Shown here one piece after another: positions 19,838-29,133 of a stretch of 64,000 bases of DNA; the stretch's first letter is position 1; each line of letters opens with the position of its first letter. Source of the DNA: Ostreococcus lucimarinus. Lineage: Eukaryota. A model generated the notes under the pieces. It had not been told where the DNA came from, searched no databases, and worked only from the letters and a program-made list of their open reading frames with translations. The stretch lies in the NCBI GenBank assembly GCA_000092065.1, contig CP000591.1, one strand, 5' to 3'. The position numbers and the translations under genes are program-made.

Positions 19838-21505
19838 ATGATGCTCGAGAGTCGCGCGGTGATGAACGAACGCGCGATGACGAGCGCGCGGTGCGCGTCG
19901 ACGAGCGGAAAGGCGAGGGCGGGACGAGGGGGCGCGAGGCGGGCGCGAGGGCGAGGCGGACGCGCGAACGCGTTCCGACGAGACGCGTCGCCGTCGAGCA
20001 CGTGCGCGTCGACGCGAGGGAAAAACGATGGAAAGAAAGACGAGAGCGATCGGGGGAAGGCGGAGGGAGGGGCGTTCTCGAGGTATGGGAATAAAAGGTT
20101 GAACTACAGCGACGCGGGGCTTGGGCGGTCAAGGTCAAAGGCTCGAGACGGCGTCGCGAGAGCGTTGGTGGACGTCGAGGGTTATTCCTCGGATCCGAAG
20201 AGTTTTTATAACAGCGTCGATGAGGATGATGAATACAAAGTCGGGGTGTTGCTGCTGAATCTCGGGGGACCGGAGACGTTGGATGACGTGCAGCCGTTTT
20301 TGTACAATTTATTCGCCGACCCGGATATCATTCGTCTGCCGCCTCCGGTGCAGTTTTTACAAGGGTTTTTGGCGAACACGTTGAGCGCGTCGCGGGCGCC
20401 GAAGAGTCGTGAGGCGTACGAGTCCATCGGTGGTGGCTCTCCGCTGCGGAGGATCACCGAGGATCAGGCGAACGCGCTGCAGGCGGCGATGCAAGCGAGA
20501 GGGATCCAGGCGAAGACGTACGTGGGGATGCGATATTGGAAACCGTTCACGGAAGATGCGATCGATGCGATCAAACGAGACGGAGTGACTCGATTAGTGG
20601 TGTTGCCTTTGTACCCGCAGTTCTCCATCAGCACGTCCGGGTCGAGTTTGCGATTGTTGGAGCAATACTTCGCGGAGGACGAAGAGTTGGCGTCGGTTCG
20701 GCACACGGTGATTCCGTCGTGGTATCAGCGTCCAGGGTACGTCAAAGCCATGGCGGTGATGATCGCGCAGACATTGAAGACAAAGTTCGAGGATGACAAG
20801 GAACCGCTCATCTTTTTCTCCGCCCACGGTGTCCCGGTGTCGTACGTAGAACAAGCCGGGGATCCGTACAAGGATGAGATGGAGGCATGCGTGCGTCTCA
20901 TCACGGAGGAGCTCGGCTCGATGGGCGTCAACAACGAGCACGTATTGGCGTATCAATCGCGTGTCGGGCCGGTGGAGTGGCTCAAGCCGTACACCGACGA
21001 CACCATTCGCGAGCTCGGGAAGAAGGGGACAGAGGCGTTGTGCGCCGTGCCGATTTCCTTTGTCAGCGAACACATCGAAACCTTGGAAGAGATCGATATG
21101 GAGTACCGTGAATTGGCCGAAGAGAGCGGCATAAAAAAGTGGGGCAGAGTTCCCGCGCTAGACACCGATCCACTCTTCATCGATGACCTGGCCGACGCCG
21201 TCATCGAGGCTTTGCCGTACACCACGCGCATGAGCAAAACTCGCGCCTCTGCCTCGGGACTCAACGTCCCTCCAGCCGAAGTCGGCGAGCTCCTCGCCTC
21301 TTACGACCGCGCCAAGCTCGCCATCCCCGTGCCCGACAGCTCTCTCCGCACCACCTCGAGCACGAAGCGCGCGGATCAATTCAACGGTTCCTCCGGCGAC
21401 CTCGTCAACGTCGCCATCGTCGTCTTCTTCGTCTTCGTGTTTCTACAATATGTTGCCGGCGCCAACGGTTTATTCGGCCAATTCGGCGTCTTTAGCAACT
21501 GGTAG
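19838..21505 (+). CDS. FC: ferrochelatase (protoheme ferro-lyase), plastid type with a C-terminal hydrophobic extension
   Basis: [51 protein letters not shown], and a C-terminal TM segment ([17 protein letters not shown]). ATG at 19838. Confidence 0.9.
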   Translation: MMLESRAVMNERAMTSARCASTSGKARAGRGGARRARGRGGRANAFRRDASPSSTCASTRGKNDGKKDESDRGKAEGGAFSRYGNKRLNYSDAGLGRSRSKARDGVARALVDVEGYSSDPKSFYNSVDEDDEYKVGVLLLNLGGPETLDDVQPFLYNLFADPDIIRLPPPVQFLQGFLANTLSASRAPKSREAYESIGGGSPLRRITEDQANALQAAMQARGIQAKTYVGMRYWKPFTEDAIDAIKRDGVTRLVVLPLYPQFSISTSGSSLRLLEQYFAEDEELASVRHTVIPSWYQRPGYVKAMAVMIAQTLKTKFEDDKEPLIFFSAHGVPVSYVEQAGDPYKDEMEACVRLITEELGSMGVNNEHVLAYQSRVGPVEWLKPYTDDTIRELGKKGTEALCAVPISFVSEHIETLEEIDMEYRELAEESGIKKWGRVPALDTDPLFIDDLADAVIEALPYTTRMSKTRASASGLNVPPAEVGELLASYDRAKLAIPVPDSSLRTTSSTKRADQFNGSSGDLVNVAIVVFFVFVFLQYVAGANGLFGQFGVFSNW

Positions 21506-21667
21506 ACGAGCAATCATAGCTTAAGCATAATCATGAAATTTTACAGCATCACGTAGACCTTTCTTCCGCTTTCGTTCCTCCTTCCCTTCGCCCTCGCGTT
21601 CGGTCGGTCGGTCGGTCGGCGAATCGACCGCGTCACCGTCACTCGTCGCCGCGCCTTCCCGACGCCG

Positions 21668-23407
21668 ATGCGCCACGCGCTCGCCCGCGCGCGCGTCGCC
21701 CTCGCCCGCGCGTCCGCGCGCGCCCCTCGCGCGCGCGCGAGCGTCCGTCGCGTCGTCGCGCTCGCGCCGCCGTCGAATCCGCGCGCGCACGCGCAAAAAT
21801 GTTTCCTCGCGCGCGCCGCGCTCGCGCCGTCGAGGGCGCTCAGACCGACGGCGCGGTCGCGCGCGATGGCGCGAGCGACGTCGAGCGGCGCGCGCGCGCG
21901 CGACGAGGCCGAGGCCGAGGCCGAGGACGAGGACGGGCTGGATGACGAATTCGCGGAGAGCTTTTACGTGGGCGAGACGGAGTGCGCGTGCGACGTCATG
22001 ATCATCGATGAGGACGAACACGAGCCGCGAGTGGTTCGAGAGGAAAACGTGGACGTGAGAACGCTGCGTCGAGAGATGGAGGAAGACGCGATGGCGGTGA
22101 TGACGCTGTTGTTGACGAATGAAGGGAAATCAAAGGCGGTGGCGCGAGCGCGAGGAACGCTGCCAAAGTCGATGTCGCACTGCGAGTTGAGCGTGGCGCT
22201 GTGCTCGGATGAGTACATTCGAAGCTTGAACGCGGGGTATAGAGAGAAAGATAGCGCGACGGATGTTTTGAGCTTTCCTGCGGAGAGTTTCGGGCCGATG
22301 GCAGTGCTCGGGGACGTCATCGTGAGCGTGGACACGGCGAGCGCCCAGGCGCGGGAGGTGGGGCATTCTTTGCGGGATGAGTGCCGAGTTTTGCTCGTGC
22401 ACGGGACTTTACATTTATTAGGTATGGATCACGAAGTCAGCGAAAGCGAGGCGGAGGTAATGGCGGCGGCGGAGCAAGAGGTCTTGAAGGCGCTCGGATG
22501 GAAAGTCACCGGGCTCACGAGACGCGCGTCGGGAGAATCGACGTCCGACTCTTCTTCGACGACGCTCACGACACAGAGAAGTGTGCTCGTGACGGATTTA
22601 GACGGCACGCTATTAAATGAAAATAGTGTCATCACGCCTCGAGTCGCCGATGCTTTGCGCCGGGCGATGGCGTCGGGAGTCGAAGTTGTCGTCGCCACGG
22701 GCAAGGCGAGACCGGCGGCGATTAAAGCCGCCGCCACGCAAGGATTAGACGGCATTATCGTCGGTAAGAACACACCTGGGGTGTTCTTACAAGGTCTAGA
22801 AGTGTACGGTCGAGGCGGTGCTCTGGTCTATGAAGCGAAAATGCCCGAAGACGTCACGAGAGATGCCTTCATGATGATGGATGACGTCGTGCACGACGGA
22901 TTGGCGCTCACGGCGTTTTGTGGCGACAATTGCGCGACGCTTGCGCCGAGCGTACTCTTGGACGAGCTCCACCACACCTATCACGAACCAGCCAGCGAAA
23001 TCGCCGGATCGGTGGATGAGATACTATCCAATAACACCGTTCGTAAACTATTATTAATGGGACCGAGCAAAGAGAGCATTGACGGCGTTCGATCGATTTG
23101 GGAAGCCGCATTCAGGGGTCGAGCGGAGGTCACACAAGCGGTGGCGGATATGCTAGAAATATTACCCCTTGGGAACGATAAGTCAAAGGGCGTTCGAGCC
23201 GTGTTGAAATCCATGGATGTGAATCCGATGACGGACGTTGTCGCCATCGGCGACGGCGAAAACGATGCCGAAATGCTTCGATTCGTCGGTTGCGGCGTCG
23301 CCATGGCGAACGCCACGGAAAAGACAAAAAGCGGTGCCGCACACGTCCTCGATGCTTCAAACACGCAAGACGGTGTCGCGGAAGCGATTGATAGGTTTGT
23401 TTTGTAA
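21668..23407 (+). CDS. YBEY: YbeY endoribonuclease fused to a HAD (Cof-type) hydrolase domain (plant chloroplast YbeY architecture)
   Basis: HGTLHLLGMDH (H3xH5xH metal site) after VLSFP. C-terminal HAD motifs VLVTDLDGTLL and VVAIGDGENDAEML. ATG at 21668. Confidence 0.8.
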   Translation: MRHALARARVALARASARAPRARASVRRVVALAPPSNPRAHAQKCFLARAALAPSRALRPTARSRAMARATSSGARARDEAEAEAEDEDGLDDEFAESFYVGETECACDVMIIDEDEHEPRVVREENVDVRTLRREMEEDAMAVMTLLLTNEGKSKAVARARGTLPKSMSHCELSVALCSDEYIRSLNAGYREKDSATDVLSFPAESFGPMAVLGDVIVSVDTASAQAREVGHSLRDECRVLLVHGTLHLLGMDHEVSESEAEVMAAAEQEVLKALGWKVTGLTRRASGESTSDSSSTTLTTQRSVLVTDLDGTLLNENSVITPRVADALRRAMASGVEVVVATGKARPAAIKAAATQGLDGIIVGKNTPGVFLQGLEVYGRGGALVYEAKMPEDVTRDAFMMMDDVVHDGLALTAFCGDNCATLAPSVLLDELHHTYHEPASEIAGSVDEILSNNTVRKLLLMGPSKESIDGVRSIWEAAFRGRAEVTQAVADMLEILPLGNDKSKGVRAVLKSMDVNPMTDVVAIGDGENDAEMLRFVGCGVAMANATEKTKSGAAHVLDASNTQDGVAEAIDRFVL

Positions 23408-23493
23408 AAGTAATAAATGTTCAATGTTTAATCGATGGTGCGCCGCGTTCGCACCGACGAGGGCGCGACAACTGCCACACAATCTGACGCTCC

Positions 23494-24678
23494 ATGCGCG
23501 CGTTGCTCACCTTGATATGCGCACTAGCGCTCGCGCTATGCAACAAGCTCGTCGCCGCGAGTCCTGTGCGCAAACCGTACATCGTCTCGTACGATGGTGC
23601 CGTCGATGAAATCTGTGACGCCCTGGAGTCGACGACGAAGCATATGAATTTTCATTGTCTGTGGCATTTGAAGATAAAATGTCGTCGGCGAATGCGATTC
23701 GCTCGTTTATTTGCCGTGTTTGCCGACGACAAGGAAGTCAACGCACTTCGCACGTGCGTTCCCGCGCTAGATTTCGAAGAAGACGTTGAAGTGTTTTCAC
23801 AAGGCGTGACAACCTGGTCCAGAGACCGTCTGAACGGTAGAGACGGGCTTGATGGTAAGTTGCTTCCTCGCGATCCCCCTGAAGATGGCTATGGGAGCAT
23901 CGTGCACGTTTATCTGCTTGACACGGGTGTGAGAAGGACGCACGTGGAATTCAAAGATCAAGCGTTTGGGCGCGGCGTCGATTTAGTCGACGATGACGCC
24001 GAACCTGATGACTGCGATGGTCACGGTAGTCACGTGGCTTCGACCATCAATCAAATCGCGTATAGCGGCAAGACAGTTCTCCACTCTGTGAGAGTTCTCG
24101 ACTGTAACGGAAATGGTGAGCTCTCGGGGCTGATTGAGGGACTTGAATGGGTGCTCGGTGTGGCGACGCCGTCCGAGCCAGCCGTGGTCAGTTTAGCGCT
24201 CGGAGTGCGAAATGGAATTTGGTCACGCGCACTCGAACGCGTCGTCCAAACGCTCACTGGACGTGGAGTATTCATCGTTTGCGCCGCTGGTAACCAAAAA
24301 GGAGACGCATGCACGATTTCGCCTGGAAACGTCGCGGAGACGCTGACTGTCGCAGCCAGCGATCAAGCAGACGCGCCGTACGCCTATGGAAACTCTGGAA
24401 GGTGCGTTGATTTATTCGCGCCCGGCGTGCAAATTCTCGGTGCATGCGGTGGAAGCACTGCGTGTGAGCATCCAAGCGACACGGCATATGCATTTCAAAG
24501 CGGTACGAGTATGGCGGTCGCGCACGCCGTCGGCGCAGCGACGCGCCTTCTTATGTTTTCCCCACGCATGAGCCCTGAAAATTTGAAGAAGCATCTCACA
24601 TCAACTGCGTCGCGCGACAAAATTCGAGGTGGGTCATTACTCCCAGGAACTCCGAATCTACTGTTGTACGTGAAATAA
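23494..24678 (+). CDS. secreted subtilisin-like serine protease (peptidase S8, proteinase K-like)
   Basis: Signal peptide MRALLTLICALALALC. Catalytic triad contexts: Asp (HVYLLDTGV), His (DGHGSHVAST) and Ser (GTSMAVAHAVGA). ATG at 23494. Confidence 0.85.
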   Translation: MRALLTLICALALALCNKLVAASPVRKPYIVSYDGAVDEICDALESTTKHMNFHCLWHLKIKCRRRMRFARLFAVFADDKEVNALRTCVPALDFEEDVEVFSQGVTTWSRDRLNGRDGLDGKLLPRDPPEDGYGSIVHVYLLDTGVRRTHVEFKDQAFGRGVDLVDDDAEPDDCDGHGSHVASTINQIAYSGKTVLHSVRVLDCNGNGELSGLIEGLEWVLGVATPSEPAVVSLALGVRNGIWSRALERVVQTLTGRGVFIVCAAGNQKGDACTISPGNVAETLTVAASDQADAPYAYGNSGRCVDLFAPGVQILGACGGSTACEHPSDTAYAFQSGTSMAVAHAVGAATRLLMFSPRMSPENLKKHLTSTASRDKIRGGSLLPGTPNLLLYVK

Positions 24679-24789
24679 ATCATTATCACATTTGCTCCGC
24701 CGCTAAGCGCACGGCATCGATCGGGATTACGTGAAATAAATCATTATCACATTTGTTCCGCCGCTAAGCGCACGGCATCGATCGGGATT
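24668..24789. repeat. 61-bp tandem duplication (2 copies, 1 mismatch) spanning the stop codons of both convergent protease genes
   Basis: acgtgaaataaatcattatcacatttg[c/t]tccgccgctaagcgcacggcatcgatcgggatt appears twice. Unit 1 contains the subtilisin TAA. Unit 2 contains the Deg stop, which is TGA on the minus strand. Confidence 0.9.
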
Positions 24790-25523
24790 GCGAAGTTCAC
24801 GCCTTGCGGATCTCGCTTTTGCGATCCCGCGTACGCGACGACGTTCAATCCAATCACCCGTCCAGCACTATCGCACAACGCGCCCCCACTCGTAAACTCC
24901 GTGACTTGCGCGTCCGTCTGAATCAAACCTTTCAACCCAACCCCGTTCCTGCTCGGAATTTTCCTCTTCAATCCATTAATAGTTCCAGAGCTCAGCACGG
25001 CCGCGCCGTCCTCTTCAAATCCCAACGAGAACGCGCTCTGCCCGACGCGCAAATTATCGCTCGTCCCGATCTTCGCCGCCACGGGCGCGTCCGCACCGAA
25101 ACTGCCAATAGGTACCTTCAAAAACCCAATATCGGTGCTTCTGTTGACGAAATACGATGCGTCTTTATCCAATGCCGCCGCGGCGCCGCTCGCGAGCATC
25201 ACGACCAACTTTTCGTTTTCATTCCCCTTCACCACGCAGTGCGCGTTCGTCGCGATGTAGGCGTACGCATCGTCGATGTACCACACCACACCACTCCCGC
25301 GGCCGCTAATCTCGCCATTGGGCGCGACAACGGCGACGCGCGCGACGCTTTTCGACGTCTCTGCGAACACTCTGGTCGCCGACGTTTCGTCGACGAGCGA
25401 CGCGCGCGCGGGGCGAACGAGGCAGGACGCGAGCAAGGGCGCGATGAACGTATCACGTCGACGTAATGTGGTGCGCGGCGCGGTCGAAGGCGTCGGGGAG
25501 GCGACGGCGACGATTCGGGACAT
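24747..25523 (-). CDS. Deg/HtrA-like trypsin-fold serine protease (S1C), no obvious PDZ
   Basis: TNAHCV (His), a GDSGG-like region (EFTSGGALCDSAGRVIGLNV), and N-terminal targeting-like sequence. First ATG at 25523; the track start is a TTG. Confidence 0.65.
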   Translation of the reverse strand: MSRIVAVASPTPSTAPRTTLRRRDTFIAPLLASCLVRPARASLVDETSATRVFAETSKSVARVAVVAPNGEISGRGSGVVWYIDDAYAYIATNAHCVVKGNENEKLVVMLASGAAAALDKDASYFVNRSTDIGFLKVPIGSFGADAPVAAKIGTSDNLRVGQSAFSLGFEEDGAAVLSSGTINGLKRKIPSRNGVGLKGLIQTDAQVTEFTSGGALCDSAGRVIGLNVVAYAGSQKRDPQGVNFAIPIDAVRLAAEQM

Positions 25524-25618
25524 CAATCAACGCCGTCGCAGTGTGCGGCAAACGGTGGTGTCGACGTCGTATTAATTTATTCATACAGTAGCACCGTGCT
25601 ACTGTCTGCTAACGTGTC

Positions 25619-27421
25619 CTACGCCGAACCATCACCCCAAGGATCTGAATCTAACTCTTCATCGAATAACTCGTCGTCGTCAATGGTGTCGTCGGCGGGC
25701 GAGGCGGCGTCCTTGAGCTTGCGAGACCACCTCACAGTGGGCGACGCCGAAGACTCCATATTCGCGACGTCGGTGCGAACGATGACGTCGTCGACGTCGT
25801 CGGCGGTCTTGTCGTTGACTCCTAATTCGGGATCAGAATCTTCCGTGGACTCGCCGCCGGAGTCAGAGGCGCTGTCGTACCTACTTTTGCGCGCGCTCCA
25901 GTCGTGCTTGAAATCGCGCGTTCGCACGACTTGCTCTGGGGTGAGCTTACCAGCACTGATGAGCGCCATGCGCGCGGCAGCGAACGCAGATTCACCCGCA
26001 ATTTGATCGCTATGGCCTAGTTCGTACGAAGGTCGATGATCAAAATCTCCGTCGGGGTATTGCGCGCAATCGATGTCCTCGAGCGCGATGTCCTTGCGGA
26101 GTGACGCTTGACGTCGAAATATTGCGTACTTCTCCGATGGCGACAGCGTGAGCTGTGGTCGAGCGCCGATGTTTTCAGGAGTTTCATCGTCGGTGTCCTC
26201 TTTACCTTCCGTCGCGCTGGTAAATAAATCTGCAGACCCGCTCTCGACGTCCCGGTTCATCGACTCTGGCCGAGGTGTCAGCGGTGAATCCTGCGCATCA
26301 TATCTCGACTTCCCGACCACTGCTGCCGCCTTGACGATATTCCCAGTCATTACGCCGTTATCCTTACGCGGGCTCATGAATAGTTTACTCACCGTGCGCT
26401 GCTCGAGCGGAGTCACGAGCGGGGGTCTGCATCCGCAAAGCCGCGGGCACATGTGTTTCCAACAGCAATCCATCGTCTCCTCGGGCGTCTGCACTTCATC
26501 GATGCGTGTGATCAAGAAAGCGGCCGCACACCACCGCACAGTGAGTGCAAATGGGCTAATGACGGTCAAAGAAAAGCCTTGATATAATCCGAAGACGTAT
26601 ATGTACGCCACAAACGTGTTAAACGCGTCGCCGCATCCGTCGGCAGGATTCGCCAAGTGCGCCCAAAGCGAACATACCAAAACGTTCACAAATGAGAACG
26701 CGACGCACGCTTCAAGAAGACGATACTGAGTCAAATTAAACGCATGCGAAGCCTTGATTCCCATCTCGATCAGCTGCTCCTCGTCTTCCAAGTCTTGAAT
26801 TTCCCCGCTCTCGGCGCACATGAAACCGACGTTTTCCGCCGCTTCAAAACTTACCTTCGTCGCCCCTAAAGTCGCCAATCGCAGCGCGATCCCGAGCACG
26901 ATGTCATACGTCAACAGCAACACGAATACCCATATCTGATTGGTCCAAAACCCACCGCTCACGCGAGCGCTCGTTAAATCCGTCAGCACCATAGAAGCCG
27001 CCGCCGTGCTCGCCAACTCCGTCGCCAAGTGCGCGAACCGCCCTCGCTGCGTTATGAACGCCGCGTCGCCAGCGAATATATTCAATATGTCGTGTCGCTC
27101 CTTGATGAAATCCCACCACGGCGTCAGCTTCCCCGTGCGCCAATCGAACACCCCGTACCCCAACAACCGCGCCGCCAAGCACCACGGCACGCTCATCAAC
27201 GGTTTCCTCCTCGGAAACACTCGCTGCGGCGGCGGCCACTTCTTTACCGCCACGATCAAGAACACCACCGCCATGCAAAGCATGACTAGCCACGCGATGA
27301 AGCGCATCCATTCGCCACCGGTGTGATTCGAGCTCGCGTGCGCGGCGTCGCCCCAACAGTGGTCGAGTAAAGACCGCCCGCGGCGCGTCGTGAGCGCGCG
27401 CGCGGCGTCAACGGCGTGCAT
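25619..27421 (-). CDS. hypothetical 7-transmembrane protein with a long acidic/Ser-rich C-terminal tail
   Basis: ATG at 27421. I count about seven hydrophobic helices by eye. A Ser/Asp/Glu-rich cytoplasmic tail of about 200 aa follows. No family recognised. Confidence 0.5.
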   Translation of the reverse strand: MHAVDAARALTTRRGRSLLDHCWGDAAHASSNHTGGEWMRFIAWLVMLCMAVVFLIVAVKKWPPPQRVFPRRKPLMSVPWCLAARLLGYGVFDWRTGKLTPWWDFIKERHDILNIFAGDAAFITQRGRFAHLATELASTAAASMVLTDLTSARVSGGFWTNQIWVFVLLLTYDIVLGIALRLATLGATKVSFEAAENVGFMCAESGEIQDLEDEEQLIEMGIKASHAFNLTQYRLLEACVAFSFVNVLVCSLWAHLANPADGCGDAFNTFVAYIYVFGLYQGFSLTVISPFALTVRWCAAAFLITRIDEVQTPEETMDCCWKHMCPRLCGCRPPLVTPLEQRTVSKLFMSPRKDNGVMTGNIVKAAAVVGKSRYDAQDSPLTPRPESMNRDVESGSADLFTSATEGKEDTDDETPENIGARPQLTLSPSEKYAIFRRQASLRKDIALEDIDCAQYPDGDFDHRPSYELGHSDQIAGESAFAAARMALISAGKLTPEQVVRTRDFKHDWSARKSRYDSASDSGGESTEDSDPELGVNDKTADDVDDVIVRTDVANMESSASPTVRWSRKLKDAASPADDTIDDDELFDEELDSDPWGDGSA

Positions 27422-27529
27422 GACGCGCGTGTCTGTCGTTTGCGCGTCTTTGAGACTCAGCGCCGCGCCATGCGCGTCCGAAGAAGTGTGTCCTCAAGCG
27501 AAGGAATGCGGCGTCGGCGGGACGCGGCG

Positions 27530-29131
27530 TCAACGCGAGACGCTCGCGAGGAGACGGGACATGTACCGGCTTCCAGGTTTCTCGATCGTGTGATGCGCGA
27601 CGAAAGAGAGCAAAACTAGGAAGAACAAAAACACCAAGACGACTACGTTGGGAAGATTTTGCTTTTCGTCGAAGTTGCGGAAACAATCGGCCCAGACTTT
27701 GATACTCGGCGACGTGCGGTCGCAGGCGGGGAATACGCGCATGGTGTCGTACTCGAGGGCGGCCCAAGAGGTGTAAAGGGGAAGGTGTAGGAGGTACATG
27801 GCGTAAGACCACGTACCGATGGCTTGGGCGACGGGATTCCTGAGGACTTGGACGGTGTATGATTTGCGCGTGACGGTTAAACCGTACAGCCAAAACGCGC
27901 ACGGCGCCGTGAGAAAGAATTCGTTAAAGATGCGCACGTTCTTCGAGTCTGCGACCAAGCCGGATGTAATGACGGAGCCAATCAGCCAAGAAGCGAAGCC
28001 CAATGAGAAGTAATCGGTGAACTTTGCCCAAAATCTCTCAGTTTGAGGTGTCACACCGCGCCGCGCTAAACGCAGACGCATCGCGCCGACAAGCATGCCC
28101 ATGAAGAAGAGCGGTATTCGCACAGGGAACCACGCTCGACCGCAAAAGTATGCGCGCATACCATCCATATCACCATCTAACGCGGTCACGACGACGTGTG
28201 CTCGAGACTCGAAATTCGCGTCACGCCACACATTTCGAAACGCTGGAGAGTTAACAGCGCCCATGACGCCGAGTGGGGCCATGTAGGACGCGTGATAGGC
28301 GTACATAAGATACTTTCGGCAAGACTTTTGAACCGAATCGAAGCGAGAAGATTCAGTACTGGATTTATTTTCGAGATCGTCCGCGATGGGAAAGTCGATC
28401 GCCGCTTTCTCCTCGAATTTGCGCACCAACGCGTTGAGCTTGCGCGTCAGCCACGGAAAGCAAAAGTAATACCCCAGTTGACAACTCAGACTCCAGCACA
28501 CAGAATTCCAGTAGCATAGAGAAAATATCCAAGATTGCATCAATAATGGTGTCAGGACGATGCCCATGATCAGGTTCACCTCACCACTCTTGTTCTGCCA
28601 GAAATTGTAATCCGCCACGATTGTTCTATAATTAAACGCCAGGAACGGCGCGAACCACGCAAGCGCAAACCAATGGAGAGGTAGCACTCGAATGTAGCGC
28701 CGTTTGATGAACTCCCAATACTTGAAGCCTTGTTTTTCTACTTTCTCGTGATACGCAATGTACATGACGAATCCAGTGATGAGAAAAAAGATGCTCACGG
28801 CGACGCCGCCTTGAAAGTCCAAGTACGGCGATTCGCTGTTTCCGTAAAAGAGTAACCAGTGCCCGCATGCGATTTGCAACGCCGTGATGGCGCGCAGACC
28901 GGTGATTGCGCTCGTATCAATCTCATCGACGTTTAATACACGCTGCGCCACAACAGGAGCTCCGCCCGACGCCTCATCCGGGCTCTGATCAACCATCTCC
29001 GCGCGCGGGTTCGGTTGACTCTCTCCTGCGGCGTCGCCGTGAGACTCAGCAGCTGTCATTTCAATCTTATCCTCCGCCACCGTGCGCTCATTGACGTCAT
29101 CGCGTGGACGACGAACGATGAACTTCATCAT
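27530..29131 (-). CDS. acyltransferase-3 family (OafA/OpgC-like) integral membrane O-acyltransferase
   Basis: ITGLRAITALQIACGHWLL is the characteristic LRGxAAxxVxxxH N-terminal motif. At least ten TM helices follow. In-frame ATGs lie at 29131/29128 and again at about 28996. Confidence 0.7.
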   Translation of the reverse strand: MMKFIVRRPRDDVNERTVAEDKIEMTAAESHGDAAGESQPNPRAEMVDQSPDEASGGAPVVAQRVLNVDEIDTSAITGLRAITALQIACGHWLLFYGNSESPYLDFQGGVAVSIFFLITGFVMYIAYHEKVEKQGFKYWEFIKRRYIRVLPLHWFALAWFAPFLAFNYRTIVADYNFWQNKSGEVNLIMGIVLTPLLMQSWIFSLCYWNSVCWSLSCQLGYYFCFPWLTRKLNALVRKFEEKAAIDFPIADDLENKSSTESSRFDSVQKSCRKYLMYAYHASYMAPLGVMGAVNSPAFRNVWRDANFESRAHVVVTALDGDMDGMRAYFCGRAWFPVRIPLFFMGMLVGAMRLRLARRGVTPQTERFWAKFTDYFSLGFASWLIGSVITSGLVADSKNVRIFNEFFLTAPCAFWLYGLTVTRKSYTVQVLRNPVAQAIGTWSYAMYLLHLPLYTSWAALEYDTMRVFPACDRTSPSIKVWADCFRNFDEKQNLPNVVVLVFLFFLVLLSFVAHHTIEKPGSRYMSRLLASVSR

Positions 29132-29133
29132 GG

